The translations under genes were made by a program, and so were the position numbers. Shown here piece by piece: positions 48,272 through 57,330 of a DNA stretch of 64,000 nt; within the stretch, counting starts at the first letter, position 1, and every line of letters starts with the position of its first letter. This DNA comes from Deltaproteobacteria bacterium (GTDB taxonomy: Bacteria > Desulfobacterota > Binatia > HRBIN30 > CADEER01). The notes under the pieces were generated by a model, which saw only the letters and a program-made list of their open reading frames with translations, had not been told where the DNA came from and did no database searches. The stretch lies in assembly GCA_029262455.1 (NCBI GenBank), contig JAJCZJ010000105.1, positions 4,885 to 68,884 of the forward strand. The letters are read 5' to 3'.

Positions 48272-49144
48272 CTAGCTCGGGATCAGCAGGTAGTTGCGTC
48301 GCTCGCCGACGCGAAAGCCGAGGATGCAGTTTTCGAGCCACGAGAGAGCTCGTTGGTCGAGCTTGTCGTGTTTGCGCTGGGTCTCTGTCGGCTCAGCTGT
48401 CCAGTCGCATTGGGCGATTCGGTCTTGCATGACGCTCGGGTGTGTCCCGCGGTAGCGGATTCGTCCGTGTAGCTGGCCGTAGTCGTAGGCGCCGGGGGCG
48501 TGCTCGCGTTCGGCTTGCTCACTGCCGACATAGAGCGTTGCAAAAGCGCGATTCTTGGCTGACATCTGCAGTGGTGGTCTGACCCAGCCGTAGTGAAAGA
48601 CGCGTGCCTCTGCCGGCACAACTTGGATCTTTTCGCGGCCGCGGCGGAATCCTTGCGCGTCGTGCCACGAGTTGATCCCGACGTTGTTGCGAATCAGGCG
48701 GACCTCGCGGCGATACCATGGGTGGCAGTCGAGATAGTGGTCGTAGTCGGCGAAGAAGTGGCGGTACTCGAAAAGGAAGCCGTCGACCCGTTCGTCGTCG
48801 AGATAGGTCTCCGCCTTTTCGATGATCGTGGAGTAGTCGTCTTCGTGAAAGGCCTCGTCGGCTTGGACGTACAGCGCCCAGTCCCCGGTGCATGCGTCGA
48901 GCGCGATGTCTGTTTGCTCGGCGTTGATGGCGCCACGGACAAACTGACTTTCGTCCCAAACGGTCTCGATGATGCGAATTTTCGGGTCGTCGATCGAGCG
49001 CAGTAGCTCGGTCGTACCGTCGCGCGAGTTGCCGGCGGCAATGACGAATTCATCGCAAAGGGGAAGCGCCGAGCGAATCGACTCGACCACCGGATAGTAC
49101 AGGTCGATGGCGTTGCGCACGAAAGTGAAGCCGCTGATCCGCAT
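48272..49144 (-). CDS. Glycosyltransferase family 2
   Basis: MRISGFTFVRNA...YPVVESIRS.LPLCDE, YVQADE, FHYGWVRPP. Confidence 0.85.
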   Translation of the reverse strand: MRISGFTFVRNAIDLYYPVVESIRSALPLCDEFVIAAGNSRDGTTELLRSIDDPKIRIIETVWDESQFVRGAINAEQTDIALDACTGDWALYVQADEAFHEDDYSTIIEKAETYLDDERVDGFLFEYRHFFADYDHYLDCHPWYRREVRLIRNNVGINSWHDAQGFRRGREKIQVVPAEARVFHYGWVRPPLQMSAKNRAFATLYVGSEQAEREHAPGAYDYGQLHGRIRYRGTHPSVMQDRIAQCDWTAEPTETQRKHDKLDQRALSWLENCILGFRVGERRNYLLIPS

Positions 49145-49214
49145 GGGTAAGTTCAACCTCGCGGAACTAGTGTTGTTGCGCAAGCAAACCGCGCGGGGCT
49201 ATTGTCGGGCCGTC

Positions 49215-50081
49215 ATGTTCTCGCGATACCGCTGGATAGCGCTCACGGCGGTTGCTGTTGGGATTCTGGTTGCGGCGAGCGCGACTGCGAACCGTGATGC
49301 GTCGACCTCTTTGATCGATCTCGCCCTGTCAGTGCTGGCGTTCGGTTCGTTGTGTGAGGTCGTCTTTCGTTGGTCTGCTGCGGTCAACGGGGAGCGCGCG
49401 GCGGCTGCTGCGGTCGTTCTGGTCGCGACTTGTCCCTTGTGGCTTGGAACCTTTGGCCTATGGGACTTCCAATTGCCCGCGGCTCTAGCGATGCTTTCTC
49501 TCTATTGGCTGAATCGCTACGCCTACGACCCGTCGATCGCTGTAGCTCTGGGAATAGGGGTGGCGGCAGGCTTCAGTGGCTACCACGGGGTCTGGATAAT
49601 GTTTGTGGCCTATATTGCTGGGGGGCTTCGAGTGATTCGCCCATCTCGCCACGAATCGTGGGGGCGTGTGATTCTGGCGACCATAACTCTGGTCGGCATC
49701 GTCTGGGGACTACTTCTAGCATTCGGGAAGTGGGTGTTGGTGTATCTGCCGAAGAGTTGGCCGGAAGGTGAGTTGTCCCTCCTGGTGATCCCTGTCGGGA
49801 TCCTGGTGCCGCTGGTACTACGGCCCTGGCGAAATCAGAGGATCTTTTCTGACTGGCTTGCCATTGGAGCGGTGGCAACGATCGTGATGATGCCACGCAG
49901 CCTCAATCCGGGTTCTCTCAGCACCGCGGTGGCTCCGTTGGCCGTCCTTGCGTCGGCGACGTGGGACCGGGCCGAGCCGGCGAGTGACTGGCGCCGACGT
50001 GTCTCGATCGCAGCCATCGTAGTTCAAATTGTAGTGGTGGCCTGGGCCTGTTTGTCGGGGCAGCGGTGGACTCTTAGTTGA
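49215..50081 (+). CDS. Multi-pass membrane protein, possibly a degenerate GT-C/ArnT-like protein
   Basis: Continuous hydrophobic helices; AAAAAVVLVATCPLW resembles an ArnT/PMT segment; LPS gene context. Confidence 0.5.
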   Translation: MFSRYRWIALTAVAVGILVAASATANRDASTSLIDLALSVLAFGSLCEVVFRWSAAVNGERAAAAAVVLVATCPLWLGTFGLWDFQLPAALAMLSLYWLNRYAYDPSIAVALGIGVAAGFSGYHGVWIMFVAYIAGGLRVIRPSRHESWGRVILATITLVGIVWGLLLAFGKWVLVYLPKSWPEGELSLLVIPVGILVPLVLRPWRNQRIFSDWLAIGAVATIVMMPRSLNPGSLSTAVAPLAVLASATWDRAEPASDWRRRVSIAAIVVQIVVVAWACLSGQRWTLS

Positions 50082-51096
50082 GCGCGTCTTCCACTTTGCT
50101 GACGACGTCCGCTACTTCGATCCGCTCCATGAGGTGGCGACCTTTTACGCGCGGTCCCCAAGGTAGCTCGGTCCACGGCTTGCCGAATTGCTCCAAGACT
50201 GCCTGATCGTAGACGGACACGACGCGATCGCGGTCGTTGTACGGGCCTGTCCGGCGTGGGTTGCTGTGCGCGTAGAGGCCGATCACGGGTGTGCCGACGG
50301 TTGTAGCCATATGGGCGGGGCCGGTGTCTGGTGCGATCATCAGCTGGGCCTCGGCGGCGAGGGCGCGCAACTGTTTCAACGTAGTACGGCCGACGTAGTC
50401 GTCGCTGATACAAGTCGCAGACGATAGGACTTCGTCGGTGAGTTGTCGGTCGAGGGGGGCTGGGCCGCCGCAGAGTACAACGCGCAGGCCGCGGTCGGTC
50501 AGGTGTTGAGCGACGGCGCCGTAACGATCCGCTAGCCAATTTCGTTCGGCGCTGCTCGCCGCTGCGTTGATGATTGCGAACGGCCCCAAGCGGTCGGCTT
50601 CGGTGCGAGCCCAGTCTCGATCACTTGATGAGATAGGGAGATCCCAGATGGGGCGTCCCGTGGCGGTTGCGCCGATCGCTTCGGCGAAGCCCATAAATCC
50701 GTCGAGTACGTGCGGGTGTTGCATCGCCGCGACGCGTTCGCGCGCGAAGAGCCAGTGCAACTCGCGGCTGCGCGCCCAGTCGAAGCCGATGCGGCGATCT
50801 GCGTGGATGAAAGTGGCGGCGAGGTTGGCGCGGAAGGCTGTCTGCATCAGGAGCAGTGCGTCGAATCTCTCGCCGGCGAGTGTGGCTCGAAGGTCGCTGT
50901 AGGCTTGGCGACCGCGCTTCTTGTCGAAGGTGACGAAGCGTACCCCTGGCATATCCCGCACCAACGAGTGCTCGACCGAGCCGATGACCCAGGTGATGGC
51001 GCTGTCGGGGTACCTGCTGCGAATCCGGTGGACGGCGGCGGCGGCGTGGCATACGTCGCCGATCCCGGACAGCCGCAGGACGCAAATACGATTCAC
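50074..51096 (-). CDS. GT9 heptosyltransferase (OpsX-like)
   Basis: LRLSGIGDV, APDTGPAHMA, GLYAHSNPRRTGPY. Confidence 0.85.
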   Translation of the reverse strand: MNRICVLRLSGIGDVCHAAAAVHRIRSRYPDSAITWVIGSVEHSLVRDMPGVRFVTFDKKRGRQAYSDLRATLAGERFDALLLMQTAFRANLAATFIHADRRIGFDWARSRELHWLFARERVAAMQHPHVLDGFMGFAEAIGATATGRPIWDLPISSSDRDWARTEADRLGPFAIINAAASSAERNWLADRYGAVAQHLTDRGLRVVLCGGPAPLDRQLTDEVLSSATCISDDYVGRTTLKQLRALAAEAQLMIAPDTGPAHMATTVGTPVIGLYAHSNPRRTGPYNDRDRVVSVYDQAVLEQFGKPWTELPWGPRVKGRHLMERIEVADVVSKVEDALN

Positions 51097-51313
51097 CTAG
51101 TTGGTCTCCAAGCTCGCAGGTTGATTGGCGAGGGTTGGATACGCGAGAGTAGCCGCATCGAGCGACCGTAGACTGTCCAGAGCCCGGAGCCAATCGCTTG
51201 CGCAGCCTGCTCTTGGTGCGGGCTCGAAGCCGTCGGCAGTTCCGGGTACAGTCGCAGAGATTTCGTCGGCGAGATAGAAAGAGGGGGTTGTGGGAGCTGT
51301 TCTCAAAGGAAGG

Positions 51314-52309
51314 ATGAGTCGTCCGGAGGGCTGGATTCGGCGCTTTTCCGGGTGCCGTGTCTTGGTCGTCGGTGATCTCATGCTGGATCACTTTGTTTGG
51401 GGCGACGTGACCCGCGTCTCGCCCGAGGCGCCGGTCCCGGTGGTACGGGTGAGACGCGAGAGCTACCGGCTCGGTGGTGCTGCGAATGTCATGAGCAACC
51501 TGCGCTCGCTCGGCGGCGAGGTGCTCGCGTGCGGTGTCATTGGAGCCGACCAGGCGGGGCGTGAGTTGCTGCAATTGCTGCTCGATTTGGAGATCGACGC
51601 TGAGGGGATCTACCGGGCGCGGGATGCCGGGACGATCCGCAAGACGCGGGTGCTGGCGCAGCAACAGCAGATGGTACGTCTCGACCGTGAGGACGACGCG
51701 ATAGCGGACAGCTCGGCGGCGGCGCGCGCCCGCGGCTACCTGTTGGCGAACCTTTGGGCGGCTGATGTGGTCATCTTGTCCGATTACGGCAAGGGGATGA
51801 TCACACCCGAACTCCTCGAGACTTTGTCGGAAGTTCGCAAGAAGCGGCCGTTTCAGCTGGTGATCGACCCGAAGGATGCTAATTTTTCAGCTTACGCTGG
51901 CGCGAGTCTAGTCACACCGAATCGCGACGAAGCGAGTCGGGCCTCTGGCGTCGAGATTCGCGACCTAGCGTCGCTCGAGAGGGCTGGGCGAATCTTGTTG
52001 GAGCGCTGGCGCGCCGATTCGGTGCTCATTACGCGTGGTGAAGAAGGCATGAGCTTGTTCTGTACCGGTGTCGAGACGCGCCACTTTCCTACTGTCGCGC
52101 GGCGGGTTTTTGACGTCACTGGGGCGGGAGATACGGTCGTCGCGACTTGTTCATTGGCGCTGGCGGCGGGGGCGGACTTGCCAACCGCAGCGGTCCTGGC
52201 GAATCATGCAGCGGGTCTGGTCGTCGGTGAAGTTGGGACGGCGGCAGTTTCGGCGGCAGAGTTGCGCGAAGATCTGCGCCAGCGGGCGATTGCGCCGGCA
52301 AGGAAGTGA
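51314..52309 (+). CDS. rfaE1: D-glycero-beta-D-manno-heptose-7-phosphate kinase (HldE domain I)
   Basis: VVGDLMLD, RVSPEAPVPV, GGAANV, SDYGKG, DVTGAGDT. Confidence 0.93.
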   Translation: MSRPEGWIRRFSGCRVLVVGDLMLDHFVWGDVTRVSPEAPVPVVRVRRESYRLGGAANVMSNLRSLGGEVLACGVIGADQAGRELLQLLLDLEIDAEGIYRARDAGTIRKTRVLAQQQQMVRLDREDDAIADSSAAARARGYLLANLWAADVVILSDYGKGMITPELLETLSEVRKKRPFQLVIDPKDANFSAYAGASLVTPNRDEASRASGVEIRDLASLERAGRILLERWRADSVLITRGEEGMSLFCTGVETRHFPTVARRVFDVTGAGDTVVATCSLALAAGADLPTAAVLANHAAGLVVGEVGTAAVSAAELREDLRQRAIAPARK

Positions 52310-52322
52310 GAGGAGGCGGGGT

Positions 52323-53198
52323 ATGCGTAGTATGACGGGGTTTGGCCAAGCTGCGTCCGAAGGGCGCGGCGGGCGCTATTCGGTCGAGGTGCGAGGCGTC
52401 AATCATCGATTTCTCGACGTGCGGTTGGCGGTGCCGCGCGATAGTCAGAGCTGGGAACCCGAGCTCAAGCCACTCGTGGCGGAAATGGTCGAGCGCGGCA
52501 AAGTAGATGTCACCATCAGCCGGGTTGCCGGTGCCGCCGCCGAGAAGCGGGTGGAGGTGGACGAAGAACTCGCCAAGTCGGCGCTACAGGCGTGGCGTAA
52601 GCTGCAGAAGGGACTGGGCCTGGCGGGTGAAATCGATGTTGGATTCTTGCTCTCACGCTCGGAGTTTGTCCGCGTCACCGAGGCCCGCGCCGATCCGGGC
52701 GATGATCTACCGCAGGTGCGGAAGCTCCTGGCAAAAGCGCTGCGCTCCTTCGACAAGGCCCGCGTGCGCGAAGGGGCTGCGTTGCAAGCCGATATGAAGG
52801 CGCGCTGCACTCGCCTTGCCGGCATTGAGAAGGATCTCCGCAAGCGCAGCGCCGATATCGTGCCGGAGTTGGCGGCCCGTCTGCGAGGTCGGCTCAACAA
52901 ACTCTTGGAAGGGCAGCAGATCGACGAGCAGCGATTGCTGCAGGAGACGGCGGTGATGGCCGAGCGCTGCGATGTCCACGAGGAGTTGGTGAGACTTGCC
53001 AGCCACCTGAAGCGATTGGCGGGTTTGGTCCGGCAAAAGGGATCGGTCGGCAAGCCGATCGACTTCCTACTGCAGGAAGTTCACCGCGAGCTAAACACGA
53101 TTGCCTCGAAGAGCTCCGACGTGGAGGTCACCCGATTGACCCTCGATGGGCGGGCCGAGGTAGAGAAACTGCGCGAACAAACACAGAATGTGGAGTAA
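52323..53198 (+). CDS. yicC: YicC/YloC family endoribonuclease
   Basis: MRSMTGFG, VNHRFLD, DVHEELVRL, DFLLQE..RE.NTI.SK, REQTQNVE. Confidence 0.93.
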   Translation: MRSMTGFGQAASEGRGGRYSVEVRGVNHRFLDVRLAVPRDSQSWEPELKPLVAEMVERGKVDVTISRVAGAAAEKRVEVDEELAKSALQAWRKLQKGLGLAGEIDVGFLLSRSEFVRVTEARADPGDDLPQVRKLLAKALRSFDKARVREGAALQADMKARCTRLAGIEKDLRKRSADIVPELAARLRGRLNKLLEGQQIDEQRLLQETAVMAERCDVHEELVRLASHLKRLAGLVRQKGSVGKPIDFLLQEVHRELNTIASKSSDVEVTRLTLDGRAEVEKLREQTQNVE

Positions 53199-53257
53199 GC
53201 AAGCAGCCCGGACTGCTAGGGGTTGGGAGTGGCGTCGATGAGGCCTATGATTGTCCC

Positions 53258-53806
53258 ATGTTGGTTACGATCTCGGGAGTGCCCGGTAGCGGCAAGACGA
53301 CGGTAGCGAGACTATTGGCCGGGCGACTGGGCCTTTCTCACGTCTATGCGGGGGACCTCTACCGGCAGGAGGCCAAGCGTCGGAAACTGACACTCGAGGA
53401 GTTCAACCGTCTGTGCGAGTCGGACCACAGCATCGACCGCAAGCTCGATGACGATATGGCGGCGCGGGCGCGAGACGGCGATTGTGTTCTCGAGGGGCGC
53501 CTGGCGGGCTACCTCGCTGAGCAGAATCAGCTTCGAGCCCTCAAGGTTTGGCTGACGGCGAGCGATGAGGTGCGCGCCCGCCGTGTCGCACAACGCGACG
53601 GCGGGGACTGGGAACAGAACGAGCGGGAAAATCGTATCCGCCATGCCTCAGACGTGAAGCGATATCGGGAAATTTACGGTTTCGATCTGGCCGACAAGGG
53701 GGTCTATGATCTTCTGTTGAGCTCGGACGACCGCACCCCCGAGGACTTGGTAGAAGAGCTCGAGAGGCACGTTCGAGAGCATTTTGCATCGGATCCTGCG
53801 CCATGA
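53258..53806 (+). CDS. Archaeal-type (type 2) cytidylate kinase-like nucleotide kinase
   Basis: VTISGVPGSGKTT, AGDLYR, IDRKLD, VLEGRLAG, KVWLTA...RARR, RY..IYG, YDL. Confidence 0.82.
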   Translation: MLVTISGVPGSGKTTVARLLAGRLGLSHVYAGDLYRQEAKRRKLTLEEFNRLCESDHSIDRKLDDDMAARARDGDCVLEGRLAGYLAEQNQLRALKVWLTASDEVRARRVAQRDGGDWEQNERENRIRHASDVKRYREIYGFDLADKGVYDLLLSSDDRTPEDLVEELERHVREHFASDPAP

Positions 53807-56007
53807 GCACGCTGAAGATAAGCACGCTGAAGCCGAGCACGTTGACGACGAGCGCGGCCGGAGCCAAGGGGCTGGTCGAAAAAGTCGCTGCCTATCATTC
53901 GGCGGCGGATCGCGAGCTGCTGCACCGGGCGTACGACTATTCGGAGAAGATGCACGAAGGGCAGCGCCGACAGTCGGGCGACCCGTATTTTATCCATCCG
54001 GTCGGCGTGGCGAATTTGATTGCCGATTTGAAGCTCGATGTGCCCAGTGTCTGCGCCGGCCTGTTGCACGACGTCGTCGAGGATACGCTGGCTTCCCTCG
54101 AAGAGGTCGAGGCACAGTTTGGAGCTGAGATCTGCGAATTGGTCGACGGCGTCACCAAGATTTCGCAGGTCAACTTCATCAGCCGCGAGGAGAAGCAGGC
54201 CGAGAATTTTCGCAAGATGATCCTGGCTATGGCGCGCGACATCCGGGTGATCCTCATCAAGTTGGCCGATCGCACAGATAACATGCGGACGCTCGGGCAT
54301 CTGGCGCCGGATCGGCAGCGCGATATCGCGCAAGAGACCCTCGATGTTTACGCGCCGATTGCCCATCGCTTGGGTATCTACTGGCTCAAGAACGACCTCG
54401 AAGACAATGCGCTTCGATTCCAGCGACCGGAGGTCTACTACCAGCTCAAGCGCAACATCGCGAAGAAGAAAGTCGAACGCCAGCGCTACATTGAGGACTT
54501 CATCGGTGAAGTGAGTGCGGTGATGAAGAGCTCGGGGATCGCCGCCGACGTAGCGGGGCGTCCAAAGCACTTCTACTCGATATACCACAAGATGCAGCGC
54601 TACGATCTGCTCTACGATCAGATTTACGATCTCGTCGGTTTCCGCGTCATCGTCGACAGCGTAACCGACTGTTACGCAGCCCTGGGCGTGATTCACGCCA
54701 AGTGGAAACCGGTTCCCGGGCGCTTCAAAGACTACATCGCGCTGCCGAAGAACAATCTGTATCAGTCCCTGCACACCACGGTGATCGGGACTTCTGGCGA
54801 GCGCGTCGAAGTGCAAATTCGCACTCACGAAATGCACCGCGTCTCGGAGTTCGGGATCGCGGCCCACTGGAGTTATAAGGAGGGCGAGGTTAGCGGCCAA
54901 CACGAGGCTCAGCAGTTTGCCTGGCTGCGGCAGTTGGTTGAATGGCAGCAGAACCTTTCCGACCCACGTGAGTTCCTCGGATCGATCAAAGAGGATTTGT
55001 TCAGTGACGAGGTCTTCGTCTTCACGCCGGCGGGGGATGTTCTGAATTTTCCCGAGGGTGCCTCGGTGATCGATTTTGCCTACAGAATCCACTCCGAGGT
55101 TGGGCAGCATTGCGCCGGTGCCCGGGTCAACGGTCGCTTGGTACCATTGGGTTACCAACTCCAGAACGGTGACACGGTCGAAATCGTCACGACAGCTAGT
55201 CAAACCCCGAGCAAGGACTGGCTCGGCCTGGTGAAGACCAGTCGCGCGAGGACGCGAATTCGGGCATGGCTCAAGTATCTCGAGCGCAGTCGCTCGCTAT
55301 CGGTGGGGCGCGATCTGATCGAGCGCGACCTGCGTCGGCATCGGCTCGATTTCAAGCGGCTCACCAAGCAGGGACTCTTCGCCGAAGTCGCAGCATCCTT
55401 GGGCATGCGTGACGCCGATGCGCTGATTTCCAGCGTCGGCTACGGCAAGATCACGACGCGGCAGATCCTCGCGAAACTGCTTCCAGATGATGTGTTGGCG
55501 AAAGGTGGTGCCGACGAAGGCGTTCTGTCGAGGTTTCTTCGTCGCGTCACCGGACGCTCACCCGGGGTCGTGGTCGGTGGCGAAGAGGACCTGATGGTGC
55601 GTTTCGGGCGTTGCTGCGATCCTCTGCCGGGCGAGGAGATTTGCGGTTTCATCACGCGCGGTCGAGGCGTGACGGTTCACACGACGGATTGTGTGCAGGT
55701 CTTGGCCAGCGATCCGGCGCGCCGTGTCGAGGTGAGGTGGCAACGGGGCGCCAACGGTGTGCGACCGATTCGGCTCGAAGTCCGGTGCCTCGACAAACCT
55801 GGAATGCTGGCGGCGATTACCAAGTCGATCGGCGCGGCCGGAGTCAACATCAGCAGCGCCCAGGTGCAGAGTACGCCGGACAAGCAGGCGCTGAATAGCT
55901 TCGAGGTCATGGTTCAAGATGCCGCCCAGCTCAATGGAGTGATGCGATCGATTGGAAAACTGGGCGGGGTATTGAGCGTGCGCCGTCCGCGCTCTGGAAC
56001 TACGTAA
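53803..56007 (+). CDS. spoT: Bifunctional (p)ppGpp synthetase/hydrolase (long RSH)
   Basis: [21 protein letters not shown] intact HD motif, RFKDYIA, YQSLHT, TGS and ACT domains. Confidence 0.95.
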   Translation: MSTLKISTLKPSTLTTSAAGAKGLVEKVAAYHSAADRELLHRAYDYSEKMHEGQRRQSGDPYFIHPVGVANLIADLKLDVPSVCAGLLHDVVEDTLASLEEVEAQFGAEICELVDGVTKISQVNFISREEKQAENFRKMILAMARDIRVILIKLADRTDNMRTLGHLAPDRQRDIAQETLDVYAPIAHRLGIYWLKNDLEDNALRFQRPEVYYQLKRNIAKKKVERQRYIEDFIGEVSAVMKSSGIAADVAGRPKHFYSIYHKMQRYDLLYDQIYDLVGFRVIVDSVTDCYAALGVIHAKWKPVPGRFKDYIALPKNNLYQSLHTTVIGTSGERVEVQIRTHEMHRVSEFGIAAHWSYKEGEVSGQHEAQQFAWLRQLVEWQQNLSDPREFLGSIKEDLFSDEVFVFTPAGDVLNFPEGASVIDFAYRIHSEVGQHCAGARVNGRLVPLGYQLQNGDTVEIVTTASQTPSKDWLGLVKTSRARTRIRAWLKYLERSRSLSVGRDLIERDLRRHRLDFKRLTKQGLFAEVAASLGMRDADALISSVGYGKITTRQILAKLLPDDVLAKGGADEGVLSRFLRRVTGRSPGVVVGGEEDLMVRFGRCCDPLPGEEICGFITRGRGVTVHTTDCVQVLASDPARRVEVRWQRGANGVRPIRLEVRCLDKPGMLAAITKSIGAAGVNISSAQVQSTPDKQALNSFEVMVQDAAQLNGVMRSIGKLGGVLSVRRPRSGTT

Positions 56008-56167
56008 TTCGGCTGCGCTAAACAGGGAGCCAAGTCAAGACCTTACGAGAGTTGCCTCATGCGACTTCGAGATAGACTGTGGTTCCGGCAGCGGGCGATT
56101 GTTCTCGCCGTTTCAGCATGCTAAGTGTGCCGATTCCGCGATCGGCGCGGCGCAGGAGAGATTGAAC

Positions 56168-56371
56168 ATGGCCAGAATATGTGAACTTTGCGGCAAGCGC
56201 CCTGGTGTGGGGAACAACGTCAGCCACGCCAACAACAAGACCAGGCGGCGCTGGAAGCCGAACTTGCAGCGAGTCCGCGCCAGTGTCGACGGCGGCGCGC
56301 GACGCATCCTCGCATGCACCCGGTGCATCCGCACGGGTAAGGTCGTCAAGGTCGCGACGCGCGCGGCCTGA
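56168..56371 (+). CDS. rpmB: 50S ribosomal protein L28 (Zn-ribbon type)
   Basis: [30 protein letters not shown]...CTRC. Confidence 0.96.
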   Translation: MARICELCGKRPGVGNNVSHANNKTRRRWKPNLQRVRASVDGGARRILACTRCIRTGKVVKVATRAA

Positions 56372-56403
56372 CGGCTCGTTAACCCGACCTCAGGGTCGTC
56401 ACG

Positions 56404-56793
56404 ATGCAGCGACGCCGCGTCGAAGCTGCTGGGGCACCGGCGGCAATTGGGCCCTACAGCCAGGCCGTTCGCGGTGGCGATTGGGTCTTCCTATCTGGGC
56501 AGATTGGTCTAGATCCCGCGACCGGCGAGTTGGTTGCGGGGGGCACGGTGGCCGAGGCTACCCGAGCGCTCGACAACTTGGGAGAAGTCCTGCGAGCTGC
56601 TGGGGCGTCTTTTTCCGATGTCGTGCGCTGCACGATTTACCTGGTCGACCTGGCGGACTTTTCGGCCGTCAACGAGGCCTACGGTGCCCGCCTTTCGCAA
56701 CCGTATCCGGCCCGGGCGACCGTCGGCGTTGCCAGCCTCCCGAAGGGTGCGCGGGTCGAAATCGACGCGATCGCCTTGGCACCAGTCGGCTAG
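56404..56793 (+). CDS. ridA: RidA family reactive intermediate/imine deaminase
   Basis: APAAIGPYSQA, SGQIGLDP, PARATV.V..LPKGA.VEIDA. Confidence 0.92.
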   Translation: MQRRRVEAAGAPAAIGPYSQAVRGGDWVFLSGQIGLDPATGELVAGGTVAEATRALDNLGEVLRAAGASFSDVVRCTIYLVDLADFSAVNEAYGARLSQPYPARATVGVASLPKGARVEIDAIALAPVG

Positions 56794-56795
56794 CG

Positions 56796-57275
56796 ATGGG
56801 CGCTGTCCTCGACCGGTCGGAGCTCGTTCGAGCGTTGGACGAGAGACGCCGTAGCGGTCAGCAGATTGTCTTCACCAATGGCTGCTTCGACATCTTGCAC
56901 GTCGGGCACGTTCGCTACTTGGAAGAGGCGCGCAGCCTGGGAGACGTTCTCGTCGTTGGGGTCAACACGGACGCCTCGGTTCGGCGTTTGGGCAAAGGCA
57001 GCGCTCGGCCGTTCAACAGCGAGGGAGAGCGGGCTGAGGTCTTGGCGGCGCTGGGAGTCGTCGGCTACGTGACGCTCTTCGACGAGGATACTCCCCTCGA
57101 GCTGATTCGGCGGGTTCGGCCGAATACTCTCGTCAAAGGTGGAGACTGGCAGCCGAACCAGATCGTCGGCGGCGACCTGGTGCTGGCGGCGGGTGGGACC
57201 GTGCGAAGTTTGCCGTTTGCCGAGGGGTACTCGACCACTGGGCTCGTCGATCGAATTCGAAGTTCGACGGATTGA
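56796..57275 (+). CDS. rfaE2: D-glycero-beta-D-manno-heptose 1-phosphate adenylyltransferase (HldE domain II)
   Basis: FTNGCFDILHVGH, VKGGDW, GYSTT. Confidence 0.93.
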   Translation: MGAVLDRSELVRALDERRRSGQQIVFTNGCFDILHVGHVRYLEEARSLGDVLVVGVNTDASVRRLGKGSARPFNSEGERAEVLAALGVVGYVTLFDEDTPLELIRRVRPNTLVKGGDWQPNQIVGGDLVLAAGGTVRSLPFAEGYSTTGLVDRIRSSTD

Positions 57276-57330
57276 TCCCGGACCGGCGCCTGGCATTGTA
57301 ATCCGTATCGCGGCGGTGTTACGTCGGTGC

